NCBI GenBank assembly: GCA_963842755.1
Contig: CAWJIC010000022.1
Coordinates: 8,984 to 72,983 of the forward strand
Length of the DNA stretch: 64,000 nt
From: an uncultured Chloroflexia bacterium
Lineage (GTDB): Bacteria; Chloroflexota; Limnocylindria; Limnocylindrales; CSP1-4
Direction: 5' to 3'
The position numbers and the translations under genes were made by a program. This document shows, in pieces, positions 31,754-40,131 of this stretch. Within the stretch, counting starts at the first letter, position 1, and the number at the start of each line of letters is the position of its first letter. Under the pieces are notes generated by a model. The model saw only the letters and a program-made list of their open reading frames with translations, ran no database searches and had not been told where the DNA came from.

Positions 31754-32803
31754 CTATCCGATGAACCCGCCGAGCTTCGCGACCACGAGGCCCACGTAGA
31801 CGAGGTAGAACGCGCCCCCGACGAGCAGCGTCCGACCCCGGAGCGGTCGACCCCGAGCGAGCGGCAGGAAGATCACCGCCGTCGACGCGAACGCGATCCC
31901 CGCCGAGGCGAACGCGAGCAGCGACCCGCTCGTGATCGCCCAGCTCGACGAGGCGAAGATGAGGGCGACGGAGGTCGGAATCGCGCTCTGGAAGACCATC
32001 GCCCCGGTGATGTTGCCCATCGCCAGGGTGTCCTTGCCCGCACGGATCCAGATGACGCTGTTGAACTTCTCGGGCAGCTCGGTCGCGATCGGCGCGATGA
32101 TCAGCGCCAGGAGGGCCTCGTCGGCGCCGATCGACAGGGCCAGCCGCGAGACCGCCCCGACGAACAGGTACGCGCCGGCGACGATGCAGCCCAGGGCGAA
32201 CCCGACCTGCACCCCGACGATCCGGAGGCGCGGGTGCTCGGGATGGACCGGGGCGCCCCGGTCCAATCGATGCATCCGGAGGGGCGCGAGCTCGGGATCC
32301 TCCTCGCCCGCCTCCGCCTGGAGGTGCTCCCGGACGTAGAACGCGTACATGCCGAGCAGTCCCACGGCTGCCACCCAGCGTGGCCAGTGCAGATCGGCAG
32401 GGAGGAACGCGACGCCGATCGCCACGGCGTAGGCGACCGCGAAGACCCGCATGTCGTGCACCAGCACGCTTCCGCTCACGGCCATGGTCTCGCCGGTCGC
32501 CCGGCTCCGTCGCCTGAGGACGACCGCGGCGCCGGTCACGAACATGGCCAGCGTCGCGAGCATGAACGGCGCGCCCAGGATCGCCCCGATCCCGACCTCG
32601 TCCGAGTTGTGGTTGGCGCTGAACAGGATGGCGATGATCGGGATCATCGTCTCCGGCAGGGCCGTCCCGACCGCGGCGAGGACGGACCCCACGGCTCCCT
32701 CGGCCAGGCCGAGCTTGTGTCCGAACCACTCGATCCCGTTGGTGAACAGCTCGGCGCCGGTGAGGATGACGGCAAAGGCGACGACGAGCAGGACCAGGTC
32801 CAC
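31754..32803 (-). CDS. Sodium:calcium antiporter (CaCA/YrbG family)
   Basis: Two alpha repeats (AVGTALPE, PIATELPE...MGNITGA); about 10 TMs. Confidence 0.9.
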   Translation of the reverse strand: MDLVLLVVAFAVILTGAELFTNGIEWFGHKLGLAEGAVGSVLAAVGTALPETMIPIIAILFSANHNSDEVGIGAILGAPFMLATLAMFVTGAAVVLRRRSRATGETMAVSGSVLVHDMRVFAVAYAVAIGVAFLPADLHWPRWVAAVGLLGMYAFYVREHLQAEAGEEDPELAPLRMHRLDRGAPVHPEHPRLRIVGVQVGFALGCIVAGAYLFVGAVSRLALSIGADEALLALIIAPIATELPEKFNSVIWIRAGKDTLAMGNITGAMVFQSAIPTSVALIFASSSWAITSGSLLAFASAGIAFASTAVIFLPLARGRPLRGRTLLVGGAFYLVYVGLVVAKLGGFIG

Positions 32804-32805
32804 GG

Positions 32806-33195
32806 TCAGTGCCCCGCGGCGAGGCCGAGGACGACGGCGGTCGCGACGACGGCGAGGATCGCCGTGGCAGTCAGGGCCATCCGGACCTCCCCGCCGCGGA
32901 CGTATCCGGCGAGCGAGGCGGCGACCCGGGCGAGCGGCGTGGCGATCGCCGCGAGGAGGCCCAGCCACAGGAATCCCGGTGGTCGGAGCGCACGGACGTC
33001 AGCCGCCATCCGCCCGAGATCGAGCGAGGGGGCGGTCCCGTCCAGCGGAGAGACCCCCGTCGCGGCCATCAGGGCCACGCCCACGGCGAGGAGGGCGACG
33101 CTCAGGTAGGTCCCGGTCGTCAGCAGCCGGGCGATCGTTCGATCCAGGTCGAGTCCCGGCGGGCGCCCGGGCGTGCCGGGTCGAAGGTCCGTCAT
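32806..33195 (-). CDS. DUF1634-type membrane protein
   Basis: IARLLTTGTYLS...LGLLAAIATPLARV; usual partner of TauE/SafE. Confidence 0.8.
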   Translation of the reverse strand: MTDLRPGTPGRPPGLDLDRTIARLLTTGTYLSVALLAVGVALMAATGVSPLDGTAPSLDLGRMAADVRALRPPGFLWLGLLAAIATPLARVAASLAGYVRGGEVRMALTATAILAVVATAVVLGLAAGH

Positions 33196-34052
33196 CGGAG
33201 CGCCCGACCGGCCATCTGCCAGGCGGTGACCAGCAGGACGACGATGAACAGTGCCCGGAGGACCCGGACGTCGACGCGGTGGACGGAGCGCGAACCGAGC
33301 GACGCCCCGAGGAAGACGCCGAGCGCGGTCGGGCCGGCGACGAGCGGATCGATCTCGCCGCGGACGAGGTAGATGATCGCGCTGGCCGAAGCGGTGATCC
33401 CGATCATAAGGTTGCTCGTCGCCGTTGCGACCCGCAGCGGGACACCCATGACGAGATGCATGACCGGCACCTTGATCAGGCCGCCGCCCACCCCCAGCAG
33501 TGCGGACACGACGCCGGCGAACAGGCTCCCGCCGACCCCCCGGCCAAGGTGATGGACCACGTACGGCGGTGGCGGCGGGGACACTGCGCCGGCTGGCGGC
33601 GCCCCGCCGTCTGCGGCCAGGGCGCCGTTGGCGGTCGCTCCGCCGTTCGCGGCGTCGTCCGCGGCGGGTCCACCGGCCGGAGCGGTGGCGACCTCGCGCC
33701 GGCGGGCCATGCTGACCGCTGTGTAGACGAGGAGCACGGTGAACAGCCCGGTGAGGAGCTGCTCGGAGATGAGGAACGCCACCAGACCGCCGACCAGCGC
33801 GCCGATCGCGGTGAACAGCTCGAGGGTCATCCCCAGCCGGAGGTTCGCCACGTGGCGCTCGAGATAGACGCTGGCCGACGCGCTGCTCGTCACGATCACC
33901 GAGACGAGGCTCACCCCGACAGCCTCCCGGAGCGGAAGGCCGAAGCCGAGGGTCAGGAGCGGCACGATGAGGATCCCGCCCCCCAGCCCGAGGAGCGAGC
34001 CGAAGACGCCGGCGGCGAACCCGCCCGCGATCATCAGAAGGCCGGCCGCCAC
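33192..34052 (-). CDS. TauE/SafE (TSUP) sulfite exporter family
   Basis: Duplicated GSLLGLGGG/SALLGVGGG motifs, ATATSNLMIG. Confidence 0.9.
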   Translation of the reverse strand: MAAGLLMIAGGFAAGVFGSLLGLGGGILIVPLLTLGFGLPLREAVGVSLVSVIVTSSASASVYLERHVANLRLGMTLELFTAIGALVGGLVAFLISEQLLTGLFTVLLVYTAVSMARRREVATAPAGGPAADDAANGGATANGALAADGGAPPAGAVSPPPPPYVVHHLGRGVGGSLFAGVVSALLGVGGGLIKVPVMHLVMGVPLRVATATSNLMIGITASASAIIYLVRGEIDPLVAGPTALGVFLGASLGSRSVHRVDVRVLRALFIVVLLVTAWQMAGRALR

Positions 34053-34129
34053 CTCAGCGAACGCCGCAGTGCGAGCCGGGGATCAGCCCCGGAGCAGCCG
34101 ACCCGCCCGATCCGGGACGCATCCCTCGA

Positions 34130-34399
34130 CTAGGGTCGGAGGTGCTGCGGCGCGAACGGCAGAAGGGCGACGTGGCGAGCGCGCTTGAGGGCGACCGACA
34201 GCTCGCGCTGATGGCCGGCGCACGTGCCGGTCTTGCGCCGCGGCTCGATCTTGGCCCGCTCCGAGAGGTAGCGGCGGAGGCGGTTGACCTCCTTGTAGTC
34301 GATCAGGACCGTGTGGTCCGCGCAGAAGGCGCAGACCTTCCGGCGTCGGCGGTCGCGGTAGAGGTCGTCGCGCTTCTTGGGCTTGGCTGCAGGCGGCAT
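34130..34399 (-). CDS. rpsR: 30S ribosomal protein S18
   Basis: [44 protein letters not shown]. Confidence 0.97.
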   Translation of the reverse strand: MPPAAKPKKRDDLYRDRRRRKVCAFCADHTVLIDYKEVNRLRRYLSERAKIEPRRKTGTCAGHQRELSVALKRARHVALLPFAPQHLRP

Positions 34400-34488
34400 C
34401 TTGGTTCAGGACTCCCGTACTGGCCGGTCGGCGGCGGGCTCTCGGCCCACGACCTCCGGCGGTTGGCTCTCGATCGGAGCATGCCCCT

Positions 34489-34948
34489 TCAGAAGGGCAG
34501 ATCGTCGAAGTTGTTCCCGTCGTCGAGCTTCTCACCACCGCCGGCGTCGGCGGAGGGGGCGGGGCGCACCGGACGGGAGGTGGGGGCAGGGGCGCCCTCC
34601 TCGGCTCCCTCGTCGCGGCTGCGTCGCTCGAGATTCGTCACCTGGTTGGCGACGAGCTCGGTCGTGTACCGCTTGGCGCCGGTCTGGTCCTCCCACTGAC
34701 GGGTCTGCAGACGGCCTTCGATGTAGACCTTGTTGCCCTTGCGGAGGTGCTCCGCGGCTCGCTCGGCCTGCTGGCCCCAGACGATGACGCGGAACCACTC
34801 GGTCTCTTCTTTCCATTCGCCATTCGGGTCCTTCCGGTTCCTGGTTGACCGCGACCGTGAACTGGGTGACCGCCTGGCCGCTGGGGGTGTAGCGCATCTC
34901 GGGATCGCGCCCGAGGTTGCCGATGATCATGACCTTGCAGAGCGACAT
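34489..34948 (-). CDS. ssb: Single-stranded DNA-binding protein (one frameshift)
   Basis: [31 protein letters not shown]-terminal DDLPF. Confidence 0.95.
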
Positions 34949-34971
34949 GCCGTACCTCCGGCCTTGGCTGG

Positions 34972-35410
34972 TCAGTCGATGGCGGCGGGGGCCGCCTCGC
35001 TCTCGGACTCGTCGATCCGCTCGCCGATCGTCCTCCTCCTCGTCCTCGACGGACGGGAGGCGGTCCTCATCGGCCTCGGCGCCGGCCTCGGCGGCTCCCT
35101 CGCGGCCACGGGCGGACTTGAGCGGCCGCTCGATCCGGGTCACGAGGTGGCGCAGCACCTCCTCGGTGATGAGCAGGCTGCGCTCGAGCTCGACGATCGC
35201 CTCGGCCGGGGCCTCGAAGATGACGATGTGGTACGAGCCCTCCCGGTACCGGTCGATCGGGTAGGCCAGACGTCGGCGGCCCCACGGGGCGACCTTGACG
35301 ATCTGGCCGCCGGCAGCGGCGATCTGTCGGGTGGTCCGGTCGACGAGCGCCTGGCTCTTGTCGTCCGGCACGTCCGGTCGGAGGACCAGCATGAGTTCGT
35401 AACGGCGCAT
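34972..35410 (-). CDS. rpsF: 30S ribosomal protein S6 with long acidic tail
   Basis: MRRYELMLVLRP..WGRRRLAYPI..EGSY..EEVLRHLV. Confidence 0.96.
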
Positions 35411-35420
35411 GCGCGCATCA

Positions 35421-35499
35421 CTCCTTCCTATGGGATCGCCCCGCTGAACGGCCGGCGATCGCGGATCACGGCCGGTCCGATGCGGAGCCGAAAGGAAAC
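35421..35499 (-). promoter_or_regulatory. S6:S18-type autoregulatory leader of rpsF
   Basis: On the minus strand, TTCCT..GCTCCGC pairs with GCGGGGC..AGGAA, with a bulged CCC next to the SD. This matches the known S6:S18 leader architecture. TGgTAGACT -10 upstream (~35506). Confidence 0.6.
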
Positions 35500-35640
35500 G
35501 TCGGCAGTCTACCACGGGCCGCCGGCGGGCCAGCCCGAGCCAGCGAGCCCGAGCTGGCCCGAGCGCTCCGACTCGACCCGGCGCGGCCTCGATGTATCCT
35601 CTTGGCGTCTCGACCACCCATCGCCCATCCCGGAGGCGCC

Positions 35641-36873
35641 GTGCCCTCCAACACCATCCTCCTTCTCGAGCGGGACGCCGCCGCCGGAGCGCTCATCCAG
35701 TCGACCCTGGCCGGCGTGGGCTACGCCGTCGAGGCGACCGAGGACGCCGACGATGCCGTCCGCCGGGCGTCCGAGCACAGCTGGTGATCATCGATGTCAC
35801 CGACGATCGCGACGAGCGGCGGCGAGGTCTGCCGCGAGATCCGCGGCGACGCCGGCGCTGGCCGCCGATCCCGGTCATGTGCATCTGCCAGACCGACGAC
35901 GTCGAGGAGCGGATCCGCTTCCTGGAGGCCGGCGCGGACGACGTCATCGCCAAGCCGTTCGACGCCCGCGAGCTCGAGGCGCGGGTCGAGGCGCTGCTCC
36001 TGCGCTTCCAGCGATCGCGGGGCCTCGCCCCGGTCGTCTCGGCGGACGGCGTGACGCCTGAGCGCAGCCGCGCGGATCGTCGCGGTGTTCAGCCCGAAGG
36101 GCGGCGTCGGCACGACGACGATCGCCGTCGAACATCGCCGTCGCCGCGCGCCGCGCACCGGCCCGGGCGGGTCGTCATCGTCGACCTCGCGCTCCAGTTC
36201 GGCCAGGTCGCCACCCACCTCAACGTGATCCCCCACCAGACCCTCGCGGACCTCGTCCGCGACGAGCAGTCGCAGCGCGAGCCGGAGCTCCTCCGGACCT
36301 ACGTCACGAAGCACGAAGTCGGGCCTCCACGTCCTCGCCGCCCCCGGCTCGCCCGAGTTCGCCGAGCTCGTCCTGCCGGAGCATGTCGAGCGGATCCTCG
36401 ACTCCGCCCTGCAGGTCTACGACGCGATCGTGGTCGATGCCGGGTCGATCCTCGACGAGCGCTCCCTGGTGGCTCTGGAGCGGGCCGAGACGGTGATCCT
36501 GCCGGTCTACCCGGAGATCGCCGCGCTCAAGGCGGTCCACTCGCTGCTGGACTACATAAACGAGTCCGGCACGATCTCCGCCAAGACCACGTTCGTTCTC
36601 AACAACGTTTTCGCGCGTCAGATCCTGAAGATGCGCGACGTGGAGAGCGGGCTGGGGGCCAGGGTGACCGCCGAGATCCCGTACGACCCGTACCTCTACC
36701 TCAAGGCGGTCAACGAGGGTGTCCCGATCGTCCTCGGCGCCGCCCGATCGCCGGCCGCCGTCAGCCTCGTGAAGCTCGCCGCGGCAGCCTTCGGCGATTC
36801 AGCTTCCGGGCTCCACTCTGAGCCGGAGCCCCGCCCCCAAGGCATCCTCGCGAGCCTGCTCAAGCGCACCTGA
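35641..36873 (+). CDS. Receiver domain plus ParA/MinD-like ATPase (CpaE/TadZ-like; frameshifted)
   Basis: EAGADDVIAKPF receiver; FSPKGGVGTTT, VDLALQFG, AVNEGVP. Confidence 0.82.
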
Positions 36874-36909
36874 CCGCGCGGCTCGCTGTCACGGGCAACT
36901 CGTCATGGG

Positions 36910-36996
36910 TGGTGCCGAAGCAGGGATTCGAACCCTGACGCCCTTGCGGGCAACGGTGTTTAAGACCGTCGCGTCTGCCGGTTCCGCCACTTCGGC
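36910..36996 (-). tRNA. tRNA-Leu(TAA)
   Basis: GCCGAAG acceptor, anticodon loop CTTAAAC, long variable arm, TTCGAAT, encoded CCA. Confidence 0.95.
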
Positions 36997-37065
36997 CCAG
37001 AGGAGCAGCCTGGCGCGCGCCGGCCGGGCGGGCAGGTCCGCGCCCGGGGTGCCGACAGGGGAAGG

Positions 37066-37141
37066 TGGAGGCGACGAGCGGATTCGAACCGCTGAATAGA
37101 GGTTTTGCAGACCTCCCCCTTAACCACTTGGGTACGTCGCC
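37066..37141 (-). tRNA. tRNA-Cys(GCA)
   Basis: Loop CTGCAAA, discriminator T, CCA. Confidence 0.96.
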
Positions 37142-37202
37142 CCGTCGGAGTTCGCCGGAAGGGGTCCGGCACGTTTGGCGCAGATGAAGATGTTCGTGGT
37201 CG

Positions 37203-37273
37203 CTGCCCCTCGAGGATTCGAACCTCGGTTAACGGATCCAAAGTCCGCTGTCCTACCACTGGACGAAGGGGCA
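37203..37273 (-). tRNA. tRNA-Gln(TTG), CCA not encoded
   Basis: U1-A72 acceptor TGCCCCT/AGGGGCA, loop CTTTGGA. Confidence 0.94.
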
Positions 37274-37328
37274 CCGATCGGCTCGCCGGCGGCTACCGGC
37301 CGGCCCGACCGGGCAAGGGACAGGAAAA

Positions 37329-37404
37329 TGGAGCGGAAGACGGGACTCGAACCCGCGACCCTCACCTTGGCAAGGTGATGCTCTACCAACTGAGCCACTT
37401 CCGC
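37329..37404 (-). tRNA. tRNA-Gly(GCC)
   Basis: GCGGAAG acceptor, loop TTGCCAA, TCCA end. Confidence 0.96.
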
Positions 37405-37425
37405 TCGTGTACCGGACCGCCGGTC

Positions 37426-37501
37426 TGGTGCCGAGAGCCAGAATCGAACTGGCGACACCGCGATTTTCAGTCGCGTGCTCTACCAACTGAGCTATCTCGG
37501 C
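37426..37501 (-). tRNA. tRNA-Phe(GAA)
   Basis: GCCGAGA acceptor, loop CTGAAAA, ACCA end. Confidence 0.96.
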
Positions 37502-37543
37502 CCGATGGCCTTGAACCAGGCTGGCCGCCCGTCGGCGAGCCGG

Positions 37544-37573
37544 AGGATACCACGGGGCCCGAACGGGCTTCAA
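37544..37573 (-). promoter_or_regulatory. Sigma70-type promoter of the five-tRNA operon
   Basis: TTGAAG-N18-TATCCT with extended TG. Confidence 0.65.
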
Positions 37574-37588
37574 CCGAGGACTAGTTCC

Positions 37589-37935
37589 GGCCTCGCGGCG
37601 AGCCGCGAGGCCCGTGACGCGACGCCACGGGTCCCGCCGGGTTCAGGCGTGGTTGGGTGCCGCTTCGGCGTGGTTGGGTGCCGCTTCGGCCCCACCTCCA
37701 GCCACCTCAAACCGCCTCCCTGTCCCTGCCTCCCGCCGGATATCGCCTCCCGCGATGCTATCGGCGGTCTCGGGCCCTGGCCCTGCCGGATATCGCCTCC
37801 CGCGATGGTAACGGTGGATCGTGCAGGTCTGGAGGCGGGCGGAACGGGATTCGCCCACGGATCGTGCGCGAGCCGGGTCGGGAGCGGACGTGGCGACGCG
37901 TGGAAGCGCATCCGGCATCGCCCACCGCGATATCC
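37589..37935. repeat. Cluster of short repeats: perfect hairpin, 21-bp tandem pair, ~28-bp motif x2-3
   Basis: GGCCTCGCGGC-GA-GCCGCGAGGCC; (GGCGTGGTTGGGTGCCGCTTC)x2; GCCGGATATCGCCTCCCGCGATG at ~37735 and ~37785, with a degenerate copy at ~37912. Confidence 0.7.
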
Positions 37936-37997
37936 AGGAGAACAGCGCCAGTCCGGGGCCGCAGCTGTGCCACCGCGCCCGGACGGTGTTCGTGGCG

Positions 37998-38975
37998 CTA
38001 CGTCCGGTCGGCGAGCTCTTCCTCGGGCGACCCGGCCGGCGGGGCCCCGCGGAGCTGGCGGAGACGGTTGATCCGGTCCACCAGCGGCGGATGGGTCGAG
38101 AACCAGGAGCTCGGCTTCTGGCCGTCCCCGAGCTTCATGATCGGGTTGCTGAAGTAGAGGTGCTGGGTCGCGCGGTTGGCGACCTCGAGGATCTCCGTGT
38201 CGCCGGCGATCGTGGCCAGGGCCCGCTCGAGGCCCACCGGGTTGCGGGTCAACTCGACGGCGGACGCGTCCGCCAGGTACTCGCGCTGGCGGTTGACGGC
38301 GAGCTGGACGAGCCGGGCCGCAATCGGAGCGAGGATCGCCAGGACGAGCGCGACCGCCAGGACGATGAGCTGGATCGCCCCCGAGCCCTTCTCGTCGCTC
38401 GATCGGGAGCCACGACCGCCCCAGAAGGTGAACCGCAGGAAGAAGTCGGCGAGCAGGGCGATGCTCCCGACCATGACCCCGACCAGGAGCGAGAACCGGA
38501 TGTCGAAGTTCCGGACGTGGGACAGCTCGTGGCCGATGACCCCCTGGACCTCCTCCCGGTCCATCCGCGTGAGCAGGCCGGTCGTCACCGCGATCGAGGA
38601 GTGCTCCGGATCCCGCCCGGTGGCGAACGCGTTCATCGACGTGTCGTCGATCAGGTAGACGCGCGGCATCGGCAGGTTCGCCGCGATCGTCAGCTCGCGC
38701 ACGACGTTGTAGAGCTGGGCGAACTCCTCCTCGCTCGCCGGGTGGGCGCCCGAGGCGGCCAGGACGATCCTGTCGCCCTGGTAGAACGACACGAGCGAGG
38801 CGACGATCCCGAGGGTCACGGCGAAGGCCGTCGTGCCGACCCCGCCGGCGATGCTGCCGCTCAGCCCGTAGCCGATCGTCAGGCCGAGAGCGCCGAGGAG
38901 GAGGACGAGGGCGACGCCGAGCAGGAACGAGTTCCGCTTGTTCGCCGCGATCTGGCTGTAGAAGGTCGAGGCCAC
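37998..38975 (-). CDS. htpX: Zinc metalloprotease HtpX (M48)
   Basis: NAFATG, HELSH (HExxH), REYLAD, FSTHPP. Confidence 0.94.
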   Translation of the reverse strand: MASTFYSQIAANKRNSFLLGVALVLLLGALGLTIGYGLSGSIAGGVGTTAFAVTLGIVASLVSFYQGDRIVLAASGAHPASEEEFAQLYNVVRELTIAANLPMPRVYLIDDTSMNAFATGRDPEHSSIAVTTGLLTRMDREEVQGVIGHELSHVRNFDIRFSLLVGVMVGSIALLADFFLRFTFWGGRGSRSSDEKGSGAIQLIVLAVALVLAILAPIAARLVQLAVNRQREYLADASAVELTRNPVGLERALATIAGDTEILEVANRATQHLYFSNPIMKLGDGQKPSSWFSTHPPLVDRINRLRQLRGAPPAGSPEEELADRT

Positions 38976-39069
38976 GATCTCTCCGGAGGCGCAGGGTCCG
39001 GACCGCCCGCCAGAGGGCCGCCGGCCGGGCTGGGGTCCCGACGCTGCGCTTCGGCGGGGACGCTCTGCC

Positions 39070-39633
39070 CTAGCGGAGCTGGACGACCGGGACCTGCTCG
39101 GCCTCCGGCTCGGCGTCGAAGAAGTCCCGCTTGGTGAAGCCGAACATCCCGGCGATGAGGACCGCGGGGACGACCTGGATGGAGGTGTTGTAGTCGAGCA
39201 CGCTGGCGTTGTAGTGCTGGCGCGAGAAGCCGATCTGGTTCTCGGTCGTCGTCAGTTGCTCCTGCAGGCTGAGCACGTTCTCGTTGGCCTTGAGGGTCGG
39301 GTAGTTCTCCACGACGGCGAACAGCGAGCGGAGCGCACCGGTCAGCATATTCTCCGCCGCGGCCTGCTCGGCCGGGCCCTTCGCTCCGGCGGCGACGGCG
39401 TTGGCTCGGGCCTCGGTCACCTTGGTCAGGACGTCCTGCTCGAAGTCCATGTAGCCCTTGACCGCGTTGACCAGGTTCGGGATGAGATCATGGCGCCGCT
39501 TGAGCTGGACCTCGATCTGGGCGAACGCCTCGTCGACCCGGAGCCGGCGCTGGACCAGCCCGTTGTACAGGGCGATCACGATGCCGACGATGGCGACGAC
39601 GATGACGAGGATGACGATCAGCGCTGGACCCAT
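39070..39633 (-). CDS. lemA: LemA family protein
   Basis: YNGLV..QLKRRHDLIPNLV, ENYPTLKA, TENQIGFSRQHYN. Confidence 0.95.
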   Translation of the reverse strand: MGPALIVILVIVVAIVGIVIALYNGLVQRRLRVDEAFAQIEVQLKRRHDLIPNLVNAVKGYMDFEQDVLTKVTEARANAVAAGAKGPAEQAAAENMLTGALRSLFAVVENYPTLKANENVLSLQEQLTTTENQIGFSRQHYNASVLDYNTSIQVVPAVLIAGMFGFTKRDFFDAEPEAEQVPVVQLR

Positions 39634-39744
39634 GTCCCCTCCTCCGGAGGAAGTGGCGGCTGGCGCCGTCCGTCCGCCGAGTCTAGCAGGGCGGTGAGCG
39701 CCGGCGCAGGCCCGCGCCCGGATCGCTTCGCCGGCGGACCCGGA

Positions 39745-39821
39745 TGGTGGGCGGTGAGGGACTCGAACCCCCGACTTCCTCGGTGTAGGCGAGGCGCTCT
39801 GACCGACTGAGCTAACCGCCC
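39745..39821 (-). tRNA. tRNA-Val(TAC) with C at position 33
   Basis: GGGCGGT acceptor, stem CCTCG/CGAGG, loop CCTACAC, ACCA end. Confidence 0.9.
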
Positions 39822-39854
39822 CCGTGTGGGCAGGATACCCCTCCGGGGGGACGA

Positions 39855-39884
39855 ACGAAACGGCGGTCCGTGCGGACCGCCGTC
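39855..39884 (-). terminator. Intrinsic terminator after tRNA-Leu(GAG)
   Basis: ACGGCGGTCCG-TG-CGGACCGCCGT followed by a T-rich TTCGTT on the minus strand. Confidence 0.55.
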
Positions 39885-39900
39885 GGTTTCAGCGAGAGAT

Positions 39901-39985
39901 TGGTGCCCAGGCCGGGACTTGAACCCGGATGAGTTGCCTCATACGCCCCTCAAACGTACGCGTATACCAATTCCGCCACCTGGGC
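39901..39985 (-). tRNA. tRNA-Leu(GAG)
   Basis: Loop TTGAGGG, long variable arm, ACCA. Confidence 0.95.
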
Positions 39986-40016
39986 ACGAAGCTGTCGCGG
40001 GTCGCTCGGTCGAGGG

Positions 40017-40103
40017 TGGTACCGAGGAAGGGATTTGAACCCATACGCCCTTGCGGACACTAGCTCCTGAAGCTAGCGCGTCTACCGATTCCGCCACCTC
40101 GGC
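40017..40103 (-). tRNA. tRNA-Leu(CAG)
   Basis: Loop TTCAGGA, long variable arm, ACCA. Confidence 0.95.
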
Positions 40104-40131
40104 GAGTTTCCCGTCCGACCGGCGAGCAGGC

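Noticed and set aside
18426-33109. Very long plus-strand ORFs (1111, 1255 and 970 aa) and similar antisense ORFs elsewhere
   Set aside because: Shadow ORFs opposite real genes, caused by high GC3; no recognisable motifs.
37640-37820. CRISPR array
   Set aside because: Only two exact copies of each repeat, no regular spacers and no cas genes.
36874-40131. Prophage or integrative element at the tRNA genes
   Set aside because: No integrase and no duplicated tRNA 3' ends were seen in the window.
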